NCBI GenBank assembly: GCA_964648115.1
Contig: CAZYME010000005.1
Coordinates: 31,755 to 95,754 of the forward strand
Source of the DNA: an uncultured Legionella sp.
GTDB taxonomy: Bacteria; Pseudomonadota; Gammaproteobacteria; Legionellales; Legionellaceae
DNA length: 64,000 nucleotides
Reading direction: 5' to 3'
In this document: one piece after another, positions 49,886 through 58,595 of the stretch
How positions within the stretch are numbered: position 1 is the stretch's first letter
Layout: every line of letters begins with the position of its first letter
Made by a program: the position numbers and the translations under genes
Notes under the pieces: model-generated
The model's input: only the letters and a program-made list of their open reading frames with translations
Databases searched by the model: none
What the model was told of the DNA's origin: nothing

Positions 49886-49920
49886 TTTTCACCTGACTGT
49901 TAAAAGGTTTTCATGCCTTA

Positions 49921-49948
49921 TAATGGGGACAAATTTTATAACTTCAAT
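49921..49948 (-). promoter_or_regulatory. Sigma32-type heat-shock promoter of htpX
   Basis: Minus strand reads ATTGAAG-(14-nt spacing from TTGAA)-CCCCATTA, about 36 nt upstream of the ATG. Confidence 0.6.
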
Positions 49949-50032
49949 CGTTAGATTAGTTGTAGGAATAAAGGAAAAAACAGTCTGAATATGAAGCACA
50001 TGAATCAGAGAAAGATTTCAAAAAACCACCCT

Positions 50033-50060
50033 CTTGAAAATGAATTTTTTGGCCTTATGT
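50033..50060 (+). promoter_or_regulatory. Sigma32-like promoter facing the HPF-like gene
   Basis: CTTGAA-14 nt-CCTTATGT on the + strand, about 140 nt upstream of the 50203 ATG. Confidence 0.4.
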
Positions 50061-50202
50061 CATAGATACCATTTATTTTTATGGAGGACTATATAACCAA
50101 TTAGTGCTTTTAATGATCTTACGGAACTAGAAATAATGTAGCTTAATTTTTGTTTATATTTTTTGCTTTTTAATAAAAATTAGAATTAAGAGGATTTAAA
50201 CT

Positions 50203-50571
50203 ATGTCAACAGTTCAAACTACAGTCCGTAGTATTTCATCAACACCAGCAATTAATTACCATATCGATAGGCATTTTAATAAGCTGGAAAGAACCTACAG
50301 CAAAATAAATAAATGTAGAGTAGTCATCGAGTTAGCTAAAAATAATACGCACAAAGACAAATTGTATAGTGTGTCCATCAATATAACTATACCAGGAAAA
50401 GAACTGATTAGTAAAAAGCAAGATCCCAATTTATTTATAGCCATACGCGATAGTTTTTTAGCTATAGAGCAATTATTAGAGAAACACTATAAAAAGAAGT
50501 TGCTGTTTAATAAGGCCTGCACTAATTATCCGCGTGGTTATAAAAGCAACCCAATGGTTAGAGCGTGTTGA
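50203..50571 (+). CDS. HPF/RaiA (ribosomal S30AE) family ribosome-associated protein
   Basis: Pattern ...INYHIDRHFNKLERTYSKINKCRVVIE....H.....SVSINITIPGKELIS...D.NLFIAIRDSFLAIEQLLEKH matches the HPF/YfiA fold periodicity. Confidence 0.55.
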   Translation: MSTVQTTVRSISSTPAINYHIDRHFNKLERTYSKINKCRVVIELAKNNTHKDKLYSVSINITIPGKELISKKQDPNLFIAIRDSFLAIEQLLEKHYKKKLLFNKACTNYPRGYKSNPMVRAC

Positions 50572-50611
50572 GGAAGCTTTTAATCGCAGCTCAGATTACT
50601 GACTCTCGAAG

Positions 50612-50641
50612 GCAGGGCTAGTAATTCATTGCCCTGTTTTT
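50612..50641 (+). terminator. Intrinsic terminator after the HPF-like gene
   Basis: GCAGGGC-loop-GCCCTGT stem followed by a T5 run. Confidence 0.7.
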
Positions 50642-50693
50642 ATATTTTCAAATAGATAGAAATCAATTTACTGTGGGAAAGAAGGAGGTTGTT

Positions 50694-51296
50694 ATGAGAA
50701 AAGAGCTCATTCTATTTTTATCTTGTGCGGTCATGCTTACCTCAATGATGTCGGTGGTTAATGCCAAAGATACTAATCAGGTGAAAAAAAACATAAATCC
50801 AATCGCATTTCCATTTGATGATGATCCATTTTTTCAATCTAATGATGATGTATTTAATCAAATAAAAACCATGCAACAAGCTATGAACAGGTTAATGCAA
50901 CAGCAATTTGCACAAATTAATAATAACCAGTTTAATTTTGTGAACTCAAAAAAAGCTTTAGATTCTTCACAAGATATTCTAGTGGAAGAACGAAGCAACG
51001 AGCTCATTTACAAGATCAAGCAGCCTGAAGGCACAGATAGTAAAGTCGATGTTTCTGTTAAAGATGGCTTATTGATTATTAATGCCCATCTCATGCAGAA
51101 ATCAGCACATAATGAAAATGGAAAGAAAAGCTATAGTTATTCTCAACGCAATTATAATCAGTCTTTTAAATTTCCAAATGGGTATGACCCCAACTCAATG
51201 GATATAAAAACAAAAGATTCCAATCTAATAGTGGTCTTTAAAAAACAGGGGGAAGCCAATTCTTTACCGGAGCAGTCAGGATACGTGCGCAAATAG
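50694..51296 (+). CDS. Signal-peptide-bearing alpha-crystallin (Hsp20) domain protein
   Basis: Start moved to MRKELILFLSCAVMLTSMMSVVNA after a GAAGGAGG RBS. VDVSVKDGLLIINAHL....SYSYSQRNYNQSFKFPNGYDPNSMDIKTKDSNLIVVFKK follows the ACD beta-sandwich pattern. Confidence 0.55.
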   Translation: MRKELILFLSCAVMLTSMMSVVNAKDTNQVKKNINPIAFPFDDDPFFQSNDDVFNQIKTMQQAMNRLMQQQFAQINNNQFNFVNSKKALDSSQDILVEERSNELIYKIKQPEGTDSKVDVSVKDGLLIINAHLMQKSAHNENGKKSYSYSQRNYNQSFKFPNGYDPNSMDIKTKDSNLIVVFKKQGEANSLPEQSGYVRK

Positions 51297-51424
51297 GTCA
51301 CTTCGTTATTGAAGCATAGACGCAGCCCTTGTTACATAGGGGGGAATGTAACCACGCTTGGTTAATAATCTTTTGCCAACTCAGTGGATAGGTTGGCTCA
51401 TTACATTAGAGCCCAGGTTTGCAG

Positions 51425-53434
51425 TTACTCCACTTTCTTGCTGTTCCATGTTTGATACCATTTTGGAAACTGATCCGCTGGCATTGCTTTGCTGATGGCG
51501 TAGCCTTGTCCTAAATCACAACCAAGGTTTATCAGGTAGTTTATGTGATCTTGTGTCTCTACACCCTCAGCGATGACCATGACATTTATTGCTTTTGCAA
51601 TATCAAGTATTGCTCTTAATATTTTAGTATCCCTTTCATTTGTTAAAATATTTCTAATAAAATAAGTATCTATTTTCATATAGCGAAATGGTAAATTGAC
51701 TAAATAATTAAGTGAAGAATATTTTGTGCCGAAATCATCTAGTGAAAATTCTATACCAATCTGATTACATTTTTTAATAATGTCTGAGGTTAATTCAAAT
51801 GTATTTATAACGCTAGATTCCAGAATTTCTAATTCAAGTCGATTGTATATATTTTTAGGAAAGGGTTTTATAATTTCCATTAATTTTTTAAAAAAATGTT
51901 CTTGTTCAAGTTGAAGTGCACTTATGTTGATGCTAATTGTTAGCTGTTCATCAATTTTTGTCCATAATTGTATTTGATTAAGCGCTGACTTTAGTGTGAA
52001 TTCTAAAAGCTCAAAAAAAAATGCATTATTTTTTATTTCAGGTAAAAACTGATTTGGTAGTAAGAGTCCTTTTTTAGGATGCTCCCAACGAATCAACCCC
52101 TCTAATCCCAATATTTTACCTGTTTTCATATTTACTTTAGGCTGGTAATAAAGTTTCAATTCATTATTTTTAATTGAGGATTTAATTCCGATAATTAACT
52201 TATCTTGTTTTCTAATTTCTAATTCAAGCGCCGTATCATATAAAGAATATTTATTTTTCCCAGTCATCTTAGATTGATACATAGCCTGATCAGCTTGAGA
52301 AAGCAAAGCAGACGGACCGATAGGTATTTTTTGGGGATGAAAACTAATTCCAGCGCTAATACTAATTAATAATTTATGCGAATCGATAATTAATGGTTTC
52401 TTTAAATGTTCATATATATTATCAATGATATTTTTAAAATCATTAGGATATGTCAATCCTTCCAATAATATCACAAACTCATCACCACCAAGTCTTGCCA
52501 AAGTGTCAGTTTCACGAATCAATTTTTTAAGTAGTTGTGCAGTTTGTATTAATAGATTATCCCCTGTTTTATGACTATATAAATCATTTACTGACTTAAA
52601 ATTATCAATATCAATAAATATAAGCGCTATGTAATTCTTTAAGCGCCGTGATTTTTCAATTGCAGATTCTATTCGATCCAATAATGACTTTCTGTTTGGT
52701 AAATTCGTTAAGCTATCGTGGTACGCGAGATGAATTAATTGTTTTTTTTGTGCTTCTTGTTGTGTAAGATCATAAAAGACGCCAACATAATTTATTAAGT
52801 CGCCATCAACATTTTTTACTTCTGATATCGCTAGCATTTGCGGATATGTTTCATTATTTTTTTTCTTATTCCATACCTCACCATACCAATACCCTTTGCT
52901 TTTTATATGCCCCCAAATTTTTTTATAAAATTTATCGTCTTGAATACCCGATTTTAAAATATTGGGTTTTTTGCCAATGACTTCTTCCTTTTTATATTGA
53001 GTAATATTAGTAAACTCTGTATTGACATCAACGATATTCAGAGCAGGATCTGTAACAAGAATTCCTTCTTTTGCAAAATAAAAAACATTTGATAATACTC
53101 TTAATTTTTTTTCAACTTCTTCTCTTTCAGTAATATTATGTAAAGTAGCAACCCACGCTGGAATATGTTTCCAGATGGCCTTCTTGATATATACTTCCGC
53201 ATATATTATTTTGTTATTGACACCTAGCATTTCTATTTTAGTTGGTTTTTCTAGTTCAATTGGATAACTAAAATCACTGCCAACAACGTCAACATTTTTT
53301 TTATTCAATAAAACACAGGATGCGTGATTGGCATAAAGAATTTTACCCGATAAATCTAAAACAAGAATCGCCTCTGACAAAGCGTCAACAAACGTTTCCC
53401 AGTAATTATCTTTCTGAAGTTCGTCAGATTTCAC
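51425..53434 (-). CDS. PAS-PAS-GGDEF-EAL c-di-GMP signalling protein
   Basis: RETD(5 aa)GGDEF with an I-site-like RxxD. EAL domain with EGL in place of EAL, DDFGTKYSSL, KID, EGVETQ and GQGY. Its start overlaps the kaiB end by 11 nt. Confidence 0.9.
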   Translation of the reverse strand: MKSDELQKDNYWETFVDALSEAILVLDLSGKILYANHASCVLLNKKNVDVVGSDFSYPIELEKPTKIEMLGVNNKIIYAEVYIKKAIWKHIPAWVATLHNITEREEVEKKLRVLSNVFYFAKEGILVTDPALNIVDVNTEFTNITQYKKEEVIGKKPNILKSGIQDDKFYKKIWGHIKSKGYWYGEVWNKKKNNETYPQMLAISEVKNVDGDLINYVGVFYDLTQQEAQKKQLIHLAYHDSLTNLPNRKSLLDRIESAIEKSRRLKNYIALIFIDIDNFKSVNDLYSHKTGDNLLIQTAQLLKKLIRETDTLARLGGDEFVILLEGLTYPNDFKNIIDNIYEHLKKPLIIDSHKLLISISAGISFHPQKIPIGPSALLSQADQAMYQSKMTGKNKYSLYDTALELEIRKQDKLIIGIKSSIKNNELKLYYQPKVNMKTGKILGLEGLIRWEHPKKGLLLPNQFLPEIKNNAFFFELLEFTLKSALNQIQLWTKIDEQLTISINISALQLEQEHFFKKLMEIIKPFPKNIYNRLELEILESSVINTFELTSDIIKKCNQIGIEFSLDDFGTKYSSLNYLVNLPFRYMKIDTYFIRNILTNERDTKILRAILDIAKAINVMVIAEGVETQDHINYLINLGCDLGQGYAISKAMPADQFPKWYQTWNSKKVE

Positions 53435-53708
53435 TGATATTCAACCCCACAAGTACTTTTTCTCGATCAGACAAGTCACCAATTATTCTGCGAATGGGTT
53501 CAGGTAAATCCTTTATTAACACAGGTGTTGCTATGATTTTTTCAGACTCGGCTAATTGTGGTTGCTCTAATAAATTAATCACTTCCGCTTCATACATACC
53601 TTTAAGCTCCGGTAACATGCAAATATCATGGAGATTTTTTATTGCTTTTTTAGCGGTAGATGTGTAACCGATAATATAAAGTTTTAACTTAAACTTAGCC
53701 ATTATCAT
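53424..53708 (-). CDS. kaiB: KaiB
   Basis: KLKLYIIGYTSTAKKAIKNL...PQLAESEKIIATPVLIK is a thioredoxin-like KaiB. Start chosen at the ATG that forms an ATGA overlap with the kaiC stop. Confidence 0.88.
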   Translation of the reverse strand: MIMAKFKLKLYIIGYTSTAKKAIKNLHDICMLPELKGMYEAEVINLLEQPQLAESEKIIATPVLIKDLPEPIRRIIGDLSDREKVLVGLNISEI

Positions 53709-55354
53709 TTTCTCCATTTTTTATTTACTAAATTGATTGACTCTATTAGTTGTATTTCCATTTCAATTTTTTGTTTTTTTTCTAGCAAGTTAAAGAGAAT
53801 TATTGAGTGTTCAATGTTTTTACGTGTATTATCTTTCTGTTCTGCTTTCTCTATCAAATCGATTTGTTTATTAATTGATTCTAATTGAATTGCTAATGAT
53901 TCTTTCTTTTTCTTGTCTATAGCCTGTTTTTCTTTTTTTCTAGATCCAAAAATAATGCCGCCCTCGCCGATATAAGGGTCTTCTATCACAATACCGTTGT
54001 TCGTAACATGAAACTCTTTCATTTGGTTTGAGGTTGCATTTCTTCGAGATTTCACTATCTGTAACGTTCGATTAAACTCACCATTTGATTCAATTAAACT
54101 TAATTTGATCCATGAGTCTACTAAGCTTGAAGCAGGTATAAGATCTTGATAATCTTCGTACTCATGGACAAATTGATTAAAAATAAAGGTGATATTTTTG
54201 AGTTTTGCATAAGATATCAGACGAATTAATATTGATTTAACTTCAAAACTATCACCAACATCTAAAAGTGATGTGATGGGGTCTAGAATTAACACATGTG
54301 GTTTTATCTCTTCAATCATGGTGATAATAGTAATGAGGTGTTCCTCTAAACCCATCTCTATTGTACGAAGCGAATGGATACTTACCATATTGTTCGCCAC
54401 GGGTTCATTAAGATTGATACCCGCTGATTTAACATTACTTATAAAATTAATGGGGGACTCTTCAAAAGAAACATAAAGCACTCTTTTTTGTTGCTTAGCT
54501 GCGGATGCGGCAAATGTGGCCGCCAGAATTGATTTTGCAGTACCCGATGATCCACTAATCATAATCGAGGATGATTCTAAATAACCTTGCCCGCCAAACA
54601 TTTTATCCAAAACTGGAATCCCTGTGGAAATATAGGATAGTTTTTCTTGCTCGGTGAGACTAGTGTCGGTGATAGGTAAAATTGAAACGCCTGTTTTGGT
54701 CAGCGAGAATGGGTATTGGTTTGTCCCGTGAGCTGAACTTCGCATTTTAAGTATTCTTAAAAAGCGGGTCATCAATTTTTTACAAATCACTTGTTCAAGT
54801 AAAATTACGCAATCGGCTGCATATTCTTCAAAATAATTATCTTTTTCCGTTATCAATCCACTGGCAGCTGTAACCAATAAAGTAACGCGATGCTCCTTAC
54901 ACCATGTAAAAATATTTAATAAATCAATTTGATAATTGGGTGTTTCTAAACCTATCAGTAGATTCTGGAGTGAATCGATGATTACCACAGGGTCTTCGCC
55001 TGATAAGCTGGATTGAATTCGCATAAGAATGGCATCTAATTCAAAACCACCCGTCACTGTATCAGTTAGGCTTGGACGAAAATCAAGAACGGCGAGCTTC
55101 TTATTTTTATTTGCGTCACTTCCGGATAATCCATATTGATCCATGTTTCTAAGGATGCGTTCTGGCGATTCGTCACAAGTAAGGTAGGTGACGTGCCGAT
55201 TATTCAGAATATTGCTATACGCAAAAAATAAGCAAAACACGGTCTTACCACACCCTGGCCCACCTTTTAATAGAGTGGGGCTTTCCTTTGGATATCCACC
55301 CTTGAGAATATTATCGAGACCAGCGATCCCAGTGGAAACTTTCTGCATGTTCAA
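53705..55354 (-). CDS. kaiC: KaiC homologue (double RecA/P-loop) with about 78-aa coiled-coil C-terminal tail
   Basis: STGIAGLDNILKGGYP..LLKGGPGCGKT (CI Walker A) and ISTGIPVLDKMFGGQGY...ISGSSGTAKS (CII Walker A). The tail is KKEKQAIDKKKKESLAIQLESINKQIDLIEKAEQ.... Confidence 0.9.
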   Translation of the reverse strand: MNMQKVSTGIAGLDNILKGGYPKESPTLLKGGPGCGKTVFCLFFAYSNILNNRHVTYLTCDESPERILRNMDQYGLSGSDANKNKKLAVLDFRPSLTDTVTGGFELDAILMRIQSSLSGEDPVVIIDSLQNLLIGLETPNYQIDLLNIFTWCKEHRVTLLVTAASGLITEKDNYFEEYAADCVILLEQVICKKLMTRFLRILKMRSSAHGTNQYPFSLTKTGVSILPITDTSLTEQEKLSYISTGIPVLDKMFGGQGYLESSSIMISGSSGTAKSILAATFAASAAKQQKRVLYVSFEESPINFISNVKSAGINLNEPVANNMVSIHSLRTIEMGLEEHLITIITMIEEIKPHVLILDPITSLLDVGDSFEVKSILIRLISYAKLKNITFIFNQFVHEYEDYQDLIPASSLVDSWIKLSLIESNGEFNRTLQIVKSRRNATSNQMKEFHVTNNGIVIEDPYIGEGGIIFGSRKKEKQAIDKKKKESLAIQLESINKQIDLIEKAEQKDNTRKNIEHSIILFNLLEKKQKIEMEIQLIESINLVNKKWRK

Positions 55355-55432
55355 ATCCGTTTGAGTTAATTGATTTTAATATTGTTACATTGCGTTGATT
55401 AACAAGCAAATTAAAGGAGAGTACTCATTCAT

Positions 55433-55523
55433 CTGTGTCATCCCCGCGTAGGCGGGGATCCATTCTGACTAGAGGACTGTGCCTCATTGAAGACGGATTC
55501 ACACCTACGCGGGAATGACACAG
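55433..55523. repeat. Palindromic element CTGTGTCATCCCCGCGTAGGCGGGGATC ... CACCTACGCGGGAATGACACAG
   Basis: About 22-bp inverted termini around a 47-bp loop, in the kaiC upstream gap. Confidence 0.8.
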
Positions 55524-55584
55524 TTCTTTGAACACCCTCAATTAAGCTCCGTAGTATCCCTAAATTTACACCGAACAGATTAAC

Positions 55585-55617
55585 TTAGCCCACATGGAGC
55601 CAAGCGAAATGTGGGAG
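55585..55617. repeat. Half copy of the TAGCCC.(T/C)ATGGAGC..GCG(G/A)AATG(C/T)GGG family
   Basis: TTAGCCCACATGGAGCCAAGCGAAATGTGGGAG compared with 21106-21137 TTAGCCCGTATGGAGCGCAGCGGAATGCGGGG. Confidence 0.6.
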
Positions 55618-55661
55618 CAGTTTTGGTGTGTTATCTAGGATTGGCGATTAATTATATATTA

Positions 55662-56456
55662 TTACGGTGTGACTAGCCGCGCTATCCATGTTTGTAGCAG
55701 CAAGATGCATGTAATGAGCACAGCTCCAAATGCAAACCAGCAATAACTTGTTAAACCAGTTGCGGGCAATTCCTCCCTAAATACATTTAATAATACTGAA
55801 CCTGCTAGAAAAGCGACCATGAATGCTGCAATGAGCACATTCACGGGATCAAAAATAACCGAACATAACCAACCTACTAATAAAGCACAAATAAGCAAAA
55901 AACGACCGACATGATTAAATCGCACCTTATAGAGACGACAAAATTTACGATCAGTTAATACAAAATGCAGAGCCATTGCAACAGTGAATAACAAAGTGGC
56001 AGTGATACTTGATCGGGCGCGTAGGGACATCGTATAGGTGATTAAAAAATTATAAAGACAAAACATGCCTAAATGTAATTCATAGACCAAACTGTCGTCA
56101 TGCCCGTTAACACGATAGCGCTCAGCCAGCAGATCTAAACCGTAGTAAATAAGAAAGCCCAGTAAAGCGACGATGTAAATTAATAACTCAGTAAAAGGCG
56201 TTAGCCATTGGTTATTTAATAGAAAACGACCAATAGGCTTATTGTACTCAACCAAATTAGGCAGCATATGTAAAAAAACATAAGCAACTGCTACTCCGCC
56301 TGCAAAAGACGCAAATGTACGACCATTTCCAGGTAGTCGATTAGCTAGCCATGGGCTTAAATAATGAAACAACATTAAAAAAGCCGTGGCCGCAAAAGCT
56401 ATCCATAGGTGCAGGTGATTTATCCATAACACGGGGTGAAAGTCCTTATCATTCAT
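55662..56456 (-). CDS. Polytopic membrane protein of unknown function
   Basis: About 8 hydrophobic helices with several His in loops. No motif I can name. Confidence 0.55.
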   Translation of the reverse strand: MNDKDFHPVLWINHLHLWIAFAATAFLMLFHYLSPWLANRLPGNGRTFASFAGGVAVAYVFLHMLPNLVEYNKPIGRFLLNNQWLTPFTELLIYIVALLGFLIYYGLDLLAERYRVNGHDDSLVYELHLGMFCLYNFLITYTMSLRARSSITATLLFTVAMALHFVLTDRKFCRLYKVRFNHVGRFLLICALLVGWLCSVIFDPVNVLIAAFMVAFLAGSVLLNVFREELPATGLTSYCWFAFGAVLITCILLLQTWIARLVTP

Positions 56457-56497
56457 CGACGATTAGAAAACCCGGTTGCAAGCAACCAGGCTACTTT

Positions 56498-57361
56498 TCA
56501 AATATATAGCCCTAAGTACCACCGGATAATTGCTTTTCCATAGAACAGAGAAATAAGGCCGGCAATGCATAGGAATGGGCCAAAGGGTATAGGTGTTTCT
56601 CTGGTTTGTTGTGTGTTTTTCAAATACAGAATCCCCGTGATTGCTCCGGTAATTGATGAAATGAGTAAAATCAATGGGAGTTGTGTCCAGCCAAACCACG
56701 CACCGAAAGCGGCAAATAGCTTAAAGTCACCATGCCCCATGCCAATTTTGCCTGATAATAAATAATATAATTTAATAAACAGCCACAATGACAAATAAGC
56801 CCCGGCTGCACTTAATACAGCATCAGGTAAGGTGGTAAATAGTGTTTGAGTGTTTGCTATCAAACCTAACCATAATAAGCTAAGAGTTAAGCTGTCTGGG
56901 AGGAGTTGATGCTCTAAATCAATGACAAATAGGCAGATCAGCGTCCAAATAAACAATAGTGCAAAGATGAGTGGGAGAGTAAAACCAAAATAAAATGTAG
57001 CTAACAGAGATAAGCCAAGGCATATCCCTTCAATCAGGGGATAACGCAAGGGAATGGTCTGATGACATTGATGGCAGCGGCCTCTTAATAAGCAATAACT
57101 TATAATAGGAAGATTATGCCAAAAAGGAATCATATTTTTACAGCCAGGGCAGAACGAGCGAGGGAAAAATAAATTTATTCTAGCAGGGGGCTCGTCATTA
57201 GGTGGCTGCAATAATTCACGACACTGCGAACGCCATTCAGCTTGCAGCATTAGCGGAAGGCGGTAAATAATAACGTTAAGTAAACTGCCTATCGTTAGAC
57301 TGAACAAGCCTAAAAATACATATGCAGTTATGGGATAGATGGAAACAAATTCACTGATCAT
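56498..57361 (-). CDS. pilD: Prepilin peptidase / N-methyltransferase
   Basis: CPGC...CHQC zinc-knuckle pairs, GMGHGDFKLFAAFGAW and the second Asp box. Follows pilB-pilC. Confidence 0.93.
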   Translation of the reverse strand: MISEFVSIYPITAYVFLGLFSLTIGSLLNVIIYRLPLMLQAEWRSQCRELLQPPNDEPPARINLFFPRSFCPGCKNMIPFWHNLPIISYCLLRGRCHQCHQTIPLRYPLIEGICLGLSLLATFYFGFTLPLIFALLFIWTLICLFVIDLEHQLLPDSLTLSLLWLGLIANTQTLFTTLPDAVLSAAGAYLSLWLFIKLYYLLSGKIGMGHGDFKLFAAFGAWFGWTQLPLILLISSITGAITGILYLKNTQQTRETPIPFGPFLCIAGLISLFYGKAIIRWYLGLYI

Positions 57362-58590
57362 TACACCACCGAGCCAAGCTTAAATATGGGTAAATACATA
57401 GCGACAACCAAACCGCCAACCAATACACCTAATATTGCCATGATCATAGGTTCTAAGAGACTACTTAATGCATCAACAGAATTATCAACGCCTTCCTCAT
57501 AAAAGTCAGCAACTTTACCTAACATTTGTTCCAAGGTACCAGATTCTTCTCCAATAGCCACCATTTGTATGACCATACTGGGGAATAATTTTGTATTATC
57601 CATGGCAAGATGTAACTGCTGCCCGCTAGAAACCTCCTCCCCAATTTGATTGGTTGCATTGGCATATAAAATATTCCCCGTGGCACCAGCCACGGCTTTT
57701 AAAGCCTCTATTAACGGAAGTCCTGCTGCAAAAGTAATTGATAATGTACGAGTAAAACGGGCAATGGCAGCTTGCTCAAGAATAGTTCCTATAACAGGAA
57801 TTTTAAGCATGAATTTGTCCACTGCATGTGCAAACTTAGCTGAGTGATGAAGCGCGTACACAAAGCCATAAATAGCGCCCCCAACAGCACTAAAAATTAA
57901 ATACCAGTAATTCTCAAACCATTTAGACAAGGTAATTACACCGCGCGTTAATGCGGGAAGATCTGCACCAAAGCCTTTAAACAAGGTTTCAAATTGCGGT
58001 ACAACAAACATCAGTAACCCGGCTGTTACCAAAAAAGCAATTACCATAACAGCCATGGGATAAGTCAGCGCCTTTTTAATTTTCTTTTTTATCGTTTCTA
58101 CTTTCTCTTTATAAGTGGCTACTTTATCCAACATAACGTCCAAGGAACCTGATTTTTCACCAGCATCAACTAAATTACAAAATAAATCGTTAAAAAAAGC
58201 AGGGTGTTGGCGTAAAGAGTCGGCTAGTGTGGAGCCTGATTCCACCTCTTTTTTAATGGTTTCAATGAGGGTTTTCATTCGTTGGTTTGCTTGGCCTTTA
58301 GCAACAATATCAAAGGATTGAATTAATGGGATACCTGCTTCTATCATGGTAGCCATTTGTCGACTGAAAACTGTCAGATCAGCTTGTTTGATTTTTTTGT
58401 TTTTTCGGTCAAAGAGCGGTTTTCTTTTTTTTGAAATTTTCTTAATGGTTATACCCTGGTTTCGCAGTTCAGCTTTAGCAAGTGCAATACTTCGGGCTTC
58501 AACTATGCCATTAACTATCTGGCCAGAGCGGTTGACTCCTTCCCATTGATAATTAATAAGTACGATTGTGGGTTTTGTTATGTTTGCCAT
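57361..58590 (-). CDS. pilC: Type IV pilus platform protein
   Basis: Duplicated GspF/PilC domains (FSRQMATMIEAGIPL.., FTRTLSITFAAGLPL..) and three TM helices. Confidence 0.93.
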   Translation of the reverse strand: MANITKPTIVLINYQWEGVNRSGQIVNGIVEARSIALAKAELRNQGITIKKISKKRKPLFDRKNKKIKQADLTVFSRQMATMIEAGIPLIQSFDIVAKGQANQRMKTLIETIKKEVESGSTLADSLRQHPAFFNDLFCNLVDAGEKSGSLDVMLDKVATYKEKVETIKKKIKKALTYPMAVMVIAFLVTAGLLMFVVPQFETLFKGFGADLPALTRGVITLSKWFENYWYLIFSAVGGAIYGFVYALHHSAKFAHAVDKFMLKIPVIGTILEQAAIARFTRTLSITFAAGLPLIEALKAVAGATGNILYANATNQIGEEVSSGQQLHLAMDNTKLFPSMVIQMVAIGEESGTLEQMLGKVADFYEEGVDNSVDALSSLLEPMIMAILGVLVGGLVVAMYLPIFKLGSVV

Positions 58591-58595
58591 GAAAG

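Noticed and set aside
55433-55617. CRISPR array
   Set aside because: The repeats in this window are long palindromes of different families scattered singly. There is no regular repeat-spacer periodicity and no cas genes.
56463-56699. 78-aa minus-strand ORF overlapping the pilD 3' end
   Set aside because: It is an out-of-frame overlap with pilD and has no independent signals.
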